Assembly: GCA_004431415.1 (NCBI GenBank)
Contig: QPMI01000252.1
Coordinates: forward strand, 1 to 64,000
DNA from: Cyanophora paradoxa CCMP329
Lineage: Eukaryota; Plantae; Glaucophyta
Direction of reading: 5' to 3'
Length of the DNA: 64,000 nt
The notes beneath the pieces are model-generated. The model worked only from the letters and a program-made list of their open reading frames with translations. It searched no databases and had not been told where the DNA came from. How positions within the stretch are numbered: position 1 is the first letter of the stretch; every line of letters starts with the position of its first letter. A program made the position numbers and the translations under genes. Positions 10,865 through 21,638 of this stretch are shown here, in pieces.

Positions 10865-13555
10865 CGGCGGCCGGCGGTGAGCCTGATGACGCTGCGCGCC
10901 TCGCGCGGCTTCGAGTTCAAGGCCGTCTTCGTCATGGGGCTCGCCGAGGGGACCCTCCCCGCCGCCGGCGCCGCCGACGACCCCGCCCTCATGGCCGAAG
11001 AGCGCCGTGCGCCCGCCCCGCCCGCCCGCCCCGCCCGCCCGCCCCGCCGGCTCGGAGCCGACTCGGGGGCGCAGGGCTGGCGTACATGGCGATGACGCGG
11101 GCCAAGGAGCGCCTCGTGCTCTCGTACGCCGCGACGGCGGCCAAGAGCCACAGCCCGGCCGCCGCCGGCCTGCGCGGCGAGGCCCGCGTGCCCGTCGCCC
11201 GCTCCCGCTTCATCGACGACCTGCCCGGCTCGGTGGGCGTCACCCGCGCCGGCGACCGGAGCCGGGAGCTCGAGCGGGAGCAGACGCTGGAGGAGCTGCT
11301 GGAGAACCTCCCGGGGGCGGACGACGACGAGCCCGACGCGCGGCCCGCCTCCCCCGCCCCGCCCCGCATCCGCCCGGGCTCCGCCGCCCTCGCCGGCCGC
11401 CGGCCCCCGAAGGGCCGCACGGGTAGCGTCACCGTCGTCGACGGCAGCGGCTCCAGCCGCGTCCGCTCCCCGGCGCCCCGCTCCCCGTCGCCCCCGCCGG
11501 GCCGCGTGCCCCTGCCCCTCACCGACGCCCCTTCCCTCAACGGCGCCTCGGTGCGCGTGCGGGCCGGGCCGGCGTCGGCCGCCGCCGCCGCCGCCGCGGC
11601 GGGGGCACCAGGGCTGGTGGAGGGGTCGGAGGGGGCGGTGGAGGGGGAGGGCGGGGCGGACAAGTTCTTCGACCCGTTCGACCCGGAGGCGGAGCTGCCG
11701 GACGACGCGGAGATCGACGCGCTCTTCGAGAAGGAGATGGCGGAGAAGGGGAACACGGACGCGCTGGACCTGCTGCCCGAGCTCGACGAGGCGGAGCTGG
11801 CGGCGGGGCTCGACGACCTCGACCTCGACATCGACATCGACGAGATCCTGAAGAGCGTGACGGGCGTGGGCGAGGGCCTCGGCCTCGACGACGACCTCGA
11901 CTCGGGCGAGGTCCCCGCCGACACCGCCCTCCTCCAGAAGACCATCAAGGAGCTCCAGGAGGGCGGCCGCGCCGCCCGCGCCGACCTCGCCCTCGACGCC
12001 GACGAGGAGGAGGAGGAGGAGCTCGAGCTGGAGCTCGAGATCGAGGAGGAGGAGGAGGAGGGTGGGGCGCTGCTGGAGGGGGCCGGGGGCGGGGGCCTCG
12101 ACATCGACGTGGCCGACCTCGAGGGCCTCGGCCTCGACGAGGACGACGAGGACGGCGACCTCCGGTCCGCCCCTTTCTCCCTTCCCCCCCGTCCGCCGCC
12201 GCCTGAGGCGGCCTCCCGCGCAGCACGATCCGGGCCGGCCCGAAGAAGCGGGCGGTCGCGCAGCCGCTCAACTCGAGCCGGCGCGGCTTCCGCGCCACGG
12301 ACGGGGACGAGGACGAGGAGGAGGAGGAGCTCGACCTCGAGCTCGCGGAGGATGACGAGGCGGGGCTGGCGCCGCGGGGCCCGGCCAAGGGCAAGGCCGG
12401 GGCGCGGGGCCGGCGGGAGGTGGAGGCGGGGGAGGAGGAGGAGGACGAGGACCTGGCGCTGCTGGACGAGGCGCCGAAGCGGGGCAAGAAGGGGGCGCAG
12501 CGGAAGCCGAGCCGGCGGTCGCGGTTCGTGGCGCGGGAGAAGACGCCGGCGCTCCCCGCCACCTTCGACTTCCGCACCCTCGCCGAGAGCGGCGGCCGCC
12601 TCCACCGCCCCGCCACCCGCACCCCCGCCCAGATCGCCGCCCGCCGCGTCCGCCCCGCCCCCGCCCCGCCCCGCGCACCCGCCCCGCCCGCCTGACGGCG
12701 CCCGGGCCGGCAGATGGAGCCCGGGAGCGCGTGGTGCACGAGCAGTTCGGGCCGGGGACGGTGGTCGGCTGCGGGCCCTCCCTCGACGGCAACGACCTCG
12801 AGCTCAAGATCGAGTTCGACAGCGGGCGCCGCAGCCGCCTCCTCGCGAGCGTGGCGAGCCTCGTGCGCGAGTCGAGCCTGGGCGAGCTGCCGCCGGCGGC
12901 CATCGCCGAGGAGGGCGAGCACGAGAGCGCCTTCGCCGCCGCGCGCCGCGCGGAGAGCGCCCAGCGCGCGAAGGCCGCGGTGGGGGCGCTGCCGGAGCCG
13001 GCGGTGATCGCGGAGCGGGCGCTGCGGGCGGTGGGGCGCAGGAGGCGCGGCGGGCGGGGCGGGGAGGACGAGCTGGCGGGGGCGGACCTCGAGCTGCTCG
13101 CCATGGACTCGGCCCGCGACTCCGTCGCCCTCTCCGCCCCCGCCCCGGGCTCCCCCCCGGCGCCTCCTCCCCGTCCCGGCCCCTCGTCGCCCCCGCCGGC
13201 GCCCCCTCGGCCCCCCGCGCCCCGGCCCCGGCGCGGCCCCGGCGGCGCCGTCGACGGTGCCGGCGGTGTCGGCGGGGCCGGCGACGGCGCCGGTCTTCGC
13301 GGCGGACCTCGCCCCCGCCAGCGCCCTCCCGGCCTCCACCTCCCTCGCCGCCCGCCTCAAGGCCCGCGCCGGCTCCGCCTCCCGCCGCCCCGTCCCGCCC
13401 CGCCCCGCCAGGCCCCCCCGCCCGCCCCGGCCCCGGTCCCCGTGCAGGCCCCGCCGCCCCCGGCGGGGCGCGCCAAGGGCAAGGCGAAGAAGAGCGCCGG
13501 GGAGGCGCCGGCGGACGGCGCCCCCAAGCGCCGCGGCCGCCCGCCCCGCGCGTGA
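10865..13555 (+). pseudogene. 5'-truncated duplicate of the UvrD-like helicase (motif V onward)
   Basis: Begins at the duplication junction just before motif V and lacks motifs I-IV. Confidence 0.8.
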
Positions 13556-13772
13556 GCCACGCCGCCTCGCCCCCGTTCAGACGTCAGATCTAGAGCCCGA
13601 GCCGTTTTGTCCCAGGCCGACCCTTTTTGATGCTTCACCGTGCTTTCTTTAGTTAGCGATCGGATGCGAATACGTACAGCAGCGCTGGAACCGGGCAGGA
13701 GGGGCCGGGAGAAAGGTTTGTTTGGGGCGGGCGGCGAGGTTCGGGGCGGTAGGGGTGCGCGCGGGGTCGACG

Positions 13773-14885
13773 TCAGCGGGGGCGGGCGGGGGCGGGGCGG
13801 CGGGGCTCGGGGGCGAGGGCGAGCTGGAGGGAGGCGCCGCGGAGGTCGGCGGTCGAGGAGGCGGTGAAGGCGAGGAGGGAGGCCACGAGGGCGTACTGCA
13901 GCAGCGCCCCCCACGCGTTCCGCTTCCGGCTCGCCCCGCTCTCCACCTTCCCAATGAGCGCGGGGAAGAGCGCCGGCCCTGCGCCCCGTCCCGCGCGTTA
14001 CGGGACCGATCCGAGGGAGCTGGCCGAGGGGGCCGGGGCGGGGCGCGCCGACGAAGAACAGGAAGAGGAGCACGCAGAGGATGAAGAGCTTGACGCGGTA
14101 GGCGGCGGCGCAGGGCGCGCTGGCGCGCAGGGCGCGCCAGACGTAGAGCGTCGCGCTGCAATGGAGAATGCCCGTTGAGAAGAATAAGCCGGCCATCGAC
14201 TGGTGCACCTGCGGCGCGCCGGCCCGGGAATCGAAGGCAGGATATCGATAGATGGGGCGGGAGCCCTCAGTGCACCTGTGACGCAATGGTGATTGGAATG
14301 TCCTCTCCCAGCAGTATCGCATCGGCGTCGGGCTGCATGGGGACGACTGCGTGCAGCGCGAGGAAGAGGCCAGAGAGGATGCCCGTGACCGTCGCAGTCA
14401 AGTTCGCGAGCCGCACGGCGCCCTCGTACGCGCCGAGCACGTCGAGCGCCTTTTCCTGGAGCGCGAGGAGCTGGAGGACCGCCGCCAACGCGAACAACGC
14501 CCCCGCCAGAGTGAAGCCCAAAGAGTAGACGTAGGACTCCGGCGCATGGTTGCTGCGCGCCGGCCGCACTCAAGGCGCGCGTGCACACGCGTACGCGTAC
14601 GTACGCATGCGCAACGACGTGCGCACCCTGTCAGCGAGATCGGCGGCGTGATGAAGCTGGTGTGGTGCAGGAGCTGGGTCAAGATGTAGCAGGTCACGAT
14701 GGTCGCCCCAGCGATTGCGCAGCCTGCCGCCGGGACGAGGACAGCGGGTCCGAGGCGCCTGAGCACGCAGTGAACCCTGAGCCAACGAAAGCCCGAGCCC
14801 CCGAGCCGCACCGACTCACGCCACTCTCCTTGGCTGCCCTCGACGGGAGAAGCGCGACGCTGTCCTCGTCTGGCGCGGGCGCCAT
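13773..14885 (-). CDS. Frag1/DRAM-like membrane protein, second copy
   Basis: Duplicate of 3968-5078. Confidence 0.68.
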
Positions 14886-15256
14886 TCCAGCAGCTCAGCA
14901 GCGTGCGCGGCGACCAGCAACTTTAGCAAACGATCGGCCTGTGCTGAGGCGCCGGCCTTGGCTTTGCAGCGCTTGCTCTGCGGGGGGCTACCGAATCTTC
15001 CGGCCGTTTCCTTGTTGCGGCTCAGGTGCCGTAGGAAGGCCACAAAAGGCACTGCGAGCCTCGGGAAAGCTACAGGAAGGCCGAGGCCAGCATCCAGACG
15101 CGCCATCAGCCCTCCGACGGTTGATCCCCCCGGAGACAAGTTCGGAGCTCAGTTCGGAGACAAGGATGGCGCCGGCTCGGCCCAAAGCGCTACATGTGAC
15201 AGCAGCTTCGACGAGGAACAGCTTTTAGCCGGCTGGCCAAATGACGCTCGCCGCTC

Positions 15257-17348
15257 ATGCCGAAGATGACCTCGACCAGAAGCTACGCTCACCGCCGCGA
15301 CAACAGGCACCGAAGTTTGGAAGGGTGCGCAGAAATCCCTGTTAGACCTTCTGGCGGCCACCAGGCCGAGTCTCGGCGCAGAGATCAGCGGCGGCGCAAT
15401 CGGACTCGGAATTCTCCGAGGCGGGAGCCCCGGACCGGCCCGCAGAGGCCCCGATACCGCTGCACGCCTCGCGAGAGCGGCTGGGGACGCCGCTGCAGTA
15501 CGCGAGGCGGCAGACGGTGGCGGTGCCGGGCTTCCGCCGCTCCTTCCTCGCCCAGATAGCGCACAGCGAAGACGAGCACGAGGCGGCGGGGGCGGCGGAG
15601 GGCGAGCCGGAGCGGGCCGGGCGGCGGGCTGCGGCGGCCGTCGCCGCCGAGGAGCCGGCGCGGGGCGCGCTGGAGGCGCTGGCCATGGAGGCGGGCCCGC
15701 GGAAGCCGCGGCGGGTGCTCCCGTGGGAGGAGCCGCGTCGGCTCGAGGAGGCGCGCCGGCGCGCGGCGGAGGAGGCGAGCGCCTCGGGCCTGCAGCCGCC
15801 GCGCCGCCACGGGGCGGAGAGCGGCGAGAGCAGCGACGGGCGGGACGAAGAGGCGCACGCGGCGGCGGGCGGGGCGGCGGGGCGGCGGGGCGCTCGCGGC
15901 CGGGCTCGCCGCGGCGGGCGGACGCGGGGATCCTGAGGCGGCGGCTCGGGGAGCTGCGGGGGCGGCGTCGGCGGCGGAGCACCCGAACGGGGCCGTCTCG
16001 GAGCGCGGCCACCACCGCAACGTGAGCTTCGATGGCCGCGCCGACGCCGGCGGCGGCGAGGGGGCGAGCAGCGGCCCATGCGCCACGCCCGCAGCGAGCG
16101 GCTGCGCTCGCTGGCGAGCAGCCGGGCGGAGAGCCCGTCGTCGCGCGCCCAGTCCCCCGCCTCGTCAGCGGCGGCCTCGGCCTCGGGCCCGGGCCCGGGG
16201 GCGGGCGCGAGCCTCAGGGGCCTCCACGTCGTGCCGCGGGCGGCGTGGGGCGAGGTGCAGCTGCTGCGGCAGGTCGGCTCGGGGGCGACGGCGGACGTGT
16301 ACGAGGGGGAGTGGCGGGGCCAGCGGGTGGCGGTGAAGCGCTTCCTGTACCGGTGCGAGGAGTTCACGCGGGAGGAGGTGGAGCGCTTCCGCAACGAGGC
16401 GGCCGTGCTCGAGCGCCTCCGCCACGCCGCCGTCGCCCGCCTCCTCGCCGTCGGCGACCGCCCCCCGCACCTCTTCCTCCTCACCGAGCTCTGCCCCGCC
16501 GGCACCCTCGCCGACGCCCTCCGCGCCCGCGCCGACGCCGGCCGCCGCTTCACCGCCGGCGAGGCCGCCGCGGTGGGCGCGGCCGTGGCCCGCGCCCTCG
16601 CGTACCTCCACTCGCGCCAGCCGCGCGTCGTCCACCGCGACGTCCGCCCGCCCCGCCCCCCGCCCCGCCCGCCCGCCCCGCGCCCCGCCGACGGGCCCGC
16701 GCGGGCGCAGGTGAAGCCGGCGAACGTGCTGCTCGGCGCCGACGGCGAGTGGCGCCTCGCCGACTTCGGGAGCGCGACGCACCTGCAGACGGCGGCGGGC
16801 GGGGGCCCGCCGGCGCCCGCGCCGTCAGCGTGAAGCGGCGCATGGGCGACGAGGGCTCCTTCTTCTACCTCGCCCCGGGTGCGGCCCCCCGCGCCGCGCC
16901 CCCGCCCCGTCCCCCTGACCGGGGCGCAGAGGTGATCCGGGACGAGCCGGCGGACGAGAAGGTCGACGTCTACTCCCTCGGCATGGCGCGCCCGCACCCC
17001 CGCCCCCGCCCCGGGGCCGGGCGCGCGCTGACGGGTGCGCAGCTGCTGTACGAGGCGGCGACGGGGCGGCGGCCGTTCGAGGGGAGCGGCCTGGCGCCGA
17101 TGGCGGCCTCGCTGGCGGCCGCCACAGAGGGCCTCCGCCCGGCGCTCCCCGAGGAGGGCCCCGCGGCCGCCCTGGCGCCCGTGATCCGGGCCTGCTGGGC
17201 GCACGAGCCGGACGCGCGCCCCTCCGCCGCCGACGCCTTCCGCCTCCTCGACGAGCTCGCCCGGCCCCGCCTCCCCCTGCCCCTCTCCCCCGGCACCCCC
17301 GCCGCGCCCCTCCTCCCTCCCCAACGGCCCCCGCCCCTCCTCCACTAG
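15257..17348 (+). CDS. TKL/Raf-like kinase, second copy
   Basis: Duplicate of 5450-7536. ORF 16078-16833 carries the kinase N-lobe through DFG without a break. Confidence 0.85.
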
Positions 17349-17905
17349 CCCCCGCCCGGCCCCTCCGGAGCCGGCATCCTTCATGCGCTTCCGACGGCGT
17401 CGGCGTCGCCATTCTAAGGCGGCGATGGCCCCGCCCTCCAATTTTGCAAAGCTTTAGGCACAGGCCTCTGTACCTAGGTATTCGTTTGGAGCTTATTTGC
17501 ATCTGTACGCTGTGAATTTATGGTATCCATCTCGTACGCGTGCGACCGGTACCGGAGCTCGATCGCGAGGGGCTCGCCGAGCCTCGGAGAAGAGTCGAGG
17601 GGGGCGAGCTCGAGAGGAAGCGCTAGCTCGAGGGCCCGGGCCGGGGAGGGGCGGGGAGGGGTGGCCCGGCGGGGGCCCGGGCGAGCTCGAGCTCGAGGCC
17701 GAGCTCGAGGGGCCCGGAGGGCGAAGAGTCGAGGGGGGCGAGCTAGCGCTCGCGATCGAGAGGAAGCCTTGAAGCTCGAGGGAGGGGCGGGGGGAGGGGC
17801 CCGGAGGGAGGTGTCGGGAAGGGGGTACCGGTGCACGTGCATAAGAAACTGCCCGGCCGCGGCCAGCTAGCGCTGCGCCTGCGCAGTCTGCAATCGAGCG
17901 CGCCC

Positions 17906-18651
17906 ATGGCCTCGGAACCACAGCTGCACTTGAGCTTCCGGCACCCGACGCTGGCGGACCTGCCGGCGCTGGCCGCGCTCGAGGCCGCCTCCTATCCCGC
18001 CGACGAGGCAGCCAGCGAGACGCAGCTGAAATACCGCATCGAGCACGCCAACGACCTCTTCCTCCTCGCCGAGGTGCCCCAACCGCGCTTCAAACCCCCG
18101 CCGCGCGCGCCACGCCATTTTCCGCCTCCCGCCGCCGCGCTCGCGGGCTAATTATGACCGCGGGCGCTCCGCGCGGGCAGGACGCGGAAGGTCTAGCAGG
18201 TTTCGTCTGCGCGACGGCCTCCTGGGACACGAGCCTCACGCACCACTCGATGCGGCACCACGACGCCGACGGCGAGAGCGTGAACATCCACTCGGTCGTC
18301 ACGCGGCACGCCCTCCGGCGCCGCGGCGTCGCGCTGCGCATGCTGCGGGAGTACGAGGCGTGGATGCGGGCCGGCGGGGCGCGGCGGCGGCTCCTGCTCA
18401 TCACCAAGGCGGACGTGCAGCCGCTCTACGAGAAGGCCGGCTTCACCTTCAGGGGCGTCAGCCCCGTCGTCCACGGTCCGCCCCGCCCCAGCGCGTCGCC
18501 CGGCCATGCGCTCCGCCTGCCACTTACGCCCCCGGGGCCCCTAGGGGAGACGCCCTGGTCCGTGCACGTGCCGGACGCGCGCCGGAGCGGGTTTCCCTCA
18601 CCATGACCGCCCCCGCGCCGCAGGAACGAGATGCACCTCGAGCTGGCGTGA
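17906..18651 (+). CDS. AANAT/PAA1-like GNAT, second copy
   Basis: Duplicate of 8094-8839. Confidence 0.85.
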
Positions 18652-19171
18652 GGGGCCGGCCCAGCGCCCGCCCACTCGCCCGCCCGCTCGCCGCGCCCGC
18701 CTGCTGGCGTCCCGCCCACCAAGACGCCGCAGAGCGAGCCCCGAGCGCGGTCCGCATCCCTGTCTTTAACTGATTGGCGCCCCTCCGTTCGGCCCGCGAC
18801 CTCCCTGTGCAGCCGCGGCGGTCTTAACAGCGAGCGCTAGCCTCGGAGCCGTAGAGGCGACCCGCGGCCGCCCGGCGGCCTTCGCTCCCCGGGCCGGGGC
18901 CGGCGCGCACTTCGCGGAGACCTCGCGTGCGCCCGACCTTTAAACTCTACGATAGCCGCTTTCACTCTGCCATACGCAAATGTAACTGTCTGCATAGCAA
19001 TACGTATATGCTCGTTACGTGCTAACTTAGTAAGGTTATACCCTCTAGATCTAGCACGGCAAAACACCGAGAGAACCGTGAGTGAAGCCGTGAAGCGAAC
19101 TAGCGACTCTAGGGAACTAGTCAAATCGAAGTAAGGTACCTAGGGGCCCACGCCGCCTGCTAGGGATCTAG

Positions 19172-21301
19172 GAGCGCATTCTGGTCCAAAATTAATACAG
19201 CAATTGGGTTGGGAATTATGTGTTGTGTGATGGCGCAGCGAGGGGGGCAGCGGGCTAGGCGACAGATAGCAGTAATGGAGGTTGCATGCTACTGAACACG
19301 ATACATTAGGCGGCGTCTAGCCCCGTCACCATCGGTTTTCGACCACTGCGGGCGCGGGATTCGCGGCGCGGGATCGGCAAGACAGCTACACGAGTGCTAG
19401 GGAATCGGCGCGCATAGGTCCTTTTTGCTAGCGGATCCCCGCTGCGCGCCCGCGCGCCAAGGTCCCGCGCGCCCGCTTGCGGAGGGGGGGACAGCGATTC
19501 CGTCATGCAGTCCGCGCTGCTAGCGCTCTGGTCGCGTTATGCATGCGCGGTACAGCGCAACGATTGCGTTGTGTACCGCTTCGGGTCCTCCGCGCTGCCG
19601 CCGCCGCGCCAGCGCCGGTTTTGGGGCTGCCCAAAACCGGGGGGGACAGCGTTACGAGGCACCAGCTCCAGCCACACATCGCCCGGTGTGCGAAACGCTC
19701 GAGCGCGTCGCACTCCCCAGGCGCCGCCGCTGTATCTGGCGCCTCCATCTGGCCCCGCTCGCCGCCGCAGTACACGCCGCACATCGCGGCACATGTACAG
19801 CTACTGCTATAGGTCCGTGGCTCACTTTGCATCGTGCTCGGTTCGCTCACCGCCGCTCACCGGGGTCCCTGCGGGAGCAGCGTTCAGCGCCGCCTCCCAA
19901 GCGATTCGGCGGCCCTCCGGGCGCGGCACTAGAGCCCCGCCCGGCAGAGCCAGGGCCGGGGGCGCGGGCCGGGCCTCGTACCGGGGTACGTGGTTGGCGG
20001 GGCGACGGAGAGCCGGGGTGTGGGGCGGGGGCCCTGCGGGAGCAGCGTTCAGCGCCGCCTCCCAAGCGATTCGGCGGCCCACCGGGCGCGGCACTAAGGC
20101 CCCGCCCGGCAGAGCCAGGGCCGGGGGCGCGGGCCGGGCCTCGTACCGGGGTACGTGGTTGGCGGGGCGGCGGGGGCGGGATCCCTGCGCGAGCGGCGTC
20201 CAGCGTGGCTGACGCCACGCTCAAAAAGACCCTCCGATTGAATATCAAAGAGCGGGCAAAGGCGGCTGGCCCGCGCACCGCGGATACGTGGTTGTGGCGA
20301 AGCGCGCGCGCGCAGGGCATGGAGGCGGCATGCTGCAGCTCGTCGGCGATCCTGGCTCTGACTGCGCAAGACGCCAGCAGCCATTGAGTCCCATGCGTCG
20401 ACGGCGAGGTGCCCCCAGAGCACGCGCGGTAACGGAGATCGCCCTGCGCAAATGAGCGCGGGCAGGCCGCGGTCGGCGCTCGGCGCAGGGGCGGCGCGGG
20501 CGTGTGCAGACCTCGGCGCCGGCTTTTCGGCTCGTGATGGAGCGCGCACGGGATCGCGTTGACATGCGGCGGCGGCGCGAGGGCGACGAACCGCCAGATG
20601 CGCCGCGCCGGATCGCCCGCGGTGAGCGAACCGAGCACGATGCAAAGTGAGCCACGGACCTATAGCAGTAGCTGTACATGTGCCGCGATGTGCGGCGTGT
20701 ACTGCGGCGGCGAGCGGGGCCAGATGGAGGCGCCAGATATAGCGGCGGCGCCTGGGGAGTGCGACGCGCTCGAGCGTTTCGCACACCGGGCGATGTGTGG
20801 CTGGAGCTGGTGCCTCGTAACGCTGTCCCCCCCGGTTTTGGGCAGCCCCAAAACCGGCGCTGGCGCGGCGGCGGCAGCGCGGAGGACCCGAAGCGGTACA
20901 CAGCGCAATCGTTGCGCTGTACCGCGCATGCATAACGCGACCAGAGCGCTAGCAGCGCGGACTGCATGACGGAATCGCTGTCCCCCCCCTCCGCAAGCGG
21001 GCGCGCGGGACCTTGGCGCGCGGGCGCGCAGCGGGGATCCGCTAGCAAAAAGGACCTATGCGCGCCGATTCCCTAGCACTCGTGTAGCTGTCTTGCCGAT
21101 CCCGCGCCGCGAATCCCGCGCCCGCAGTGGTCGAAAACCGATGGTGACGGGGCTAGACGCCGCCTAATGTATCGTGTTCAGTAGCATGCAACCTCCATTA
21201 CTGCTATCTGTCGCCTAGCCCGCTGCCCCCCTCGCTGCGCCATCACACAACACATAATTCCCAACCCAATTGCTGTATTAATTTTGGACCAGAATGCGCT
21301 C
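19172..21301. mobile_element. Nested 2.13-kb element with ~680-bp terminal inverted repeats and TAG TSD (truncated left arm joined to right arm)
   Basis: TAG at 19169-19171, GAGCGCATTC from 19172; 19172-19853 is inverted at about 20620-21301; TAG at 21302-21304. Confidence 0.8.
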
Positions 21302-21638
21302 TAGTGTCCCTGATAGCCGCCGCTCGCGGCGTGGAGATCTAACTCCAAATTTAGTCGACGAAACTTGAAAGTTGAAACTGCGCAAAATTGCGAATGAGAT
21401 AGACTGAATCTAGATCTAGATCTAGCTATGGTCGAAACTTGATCATGAAATAGGAAATAGCACTGCACAAAACTGTACGCGACATTCTCGAGCGCGTACT
21501 ACGCGTACGGTATGCCCTCGTAAATGTGGCAACTTGGCAACATAAAAAAAAGGGGTTCGCAAGGGCGGGCGGGCGGCGGGGGCCGGGCCGGCCGCGGGGC
21601 GGGCTCCGGATCCGAGGCTCGTGATCACAATCCGATGA

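Larger units (their letters stand above)
10865..19853 (+). repeat. ~9-kb direct duplication of 1083-10040
   Basis: Sequence from CGGCGGCCGGCGGTGAGCCTG (1083/10865) to GTTCGCTCACCGC (10040/19853) is co-linear. The differences I saw are single-base indels in G/C runs. Confidence 0.95.
9358..21301. mobile_element. Composite (Pack-like) foldback DNA element: outer inverted arms enclosing a captured ~9-kb genic segment
   Basis: Left terminus GAGCGCATTCTGGTCCAAAATTAAT at 9358 is preceded by TAG (9355-9357). Its exact reverse complement ends at 21301 and is followed by TAG (21302-21304). Arm 9358-10799 is the reverse complement of 19861-21301. Confidence 0.7.

Noticed and set aside
9611-10880. ORFs within the inverted arms as a transposase
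   Set aside because: No DDE, HUH, tyrosine-recombinase or RT motifs; composition is typical of GC-rich shadow ORFs.
1083-19853. Frameshifts in the helicase and kinase copies read as pseudogenisation or programmed frameshifting
   Set aside because: The indels fall in G/C homopolymers and differ between otherwise identical copies, which is typical of long-read consensus error.
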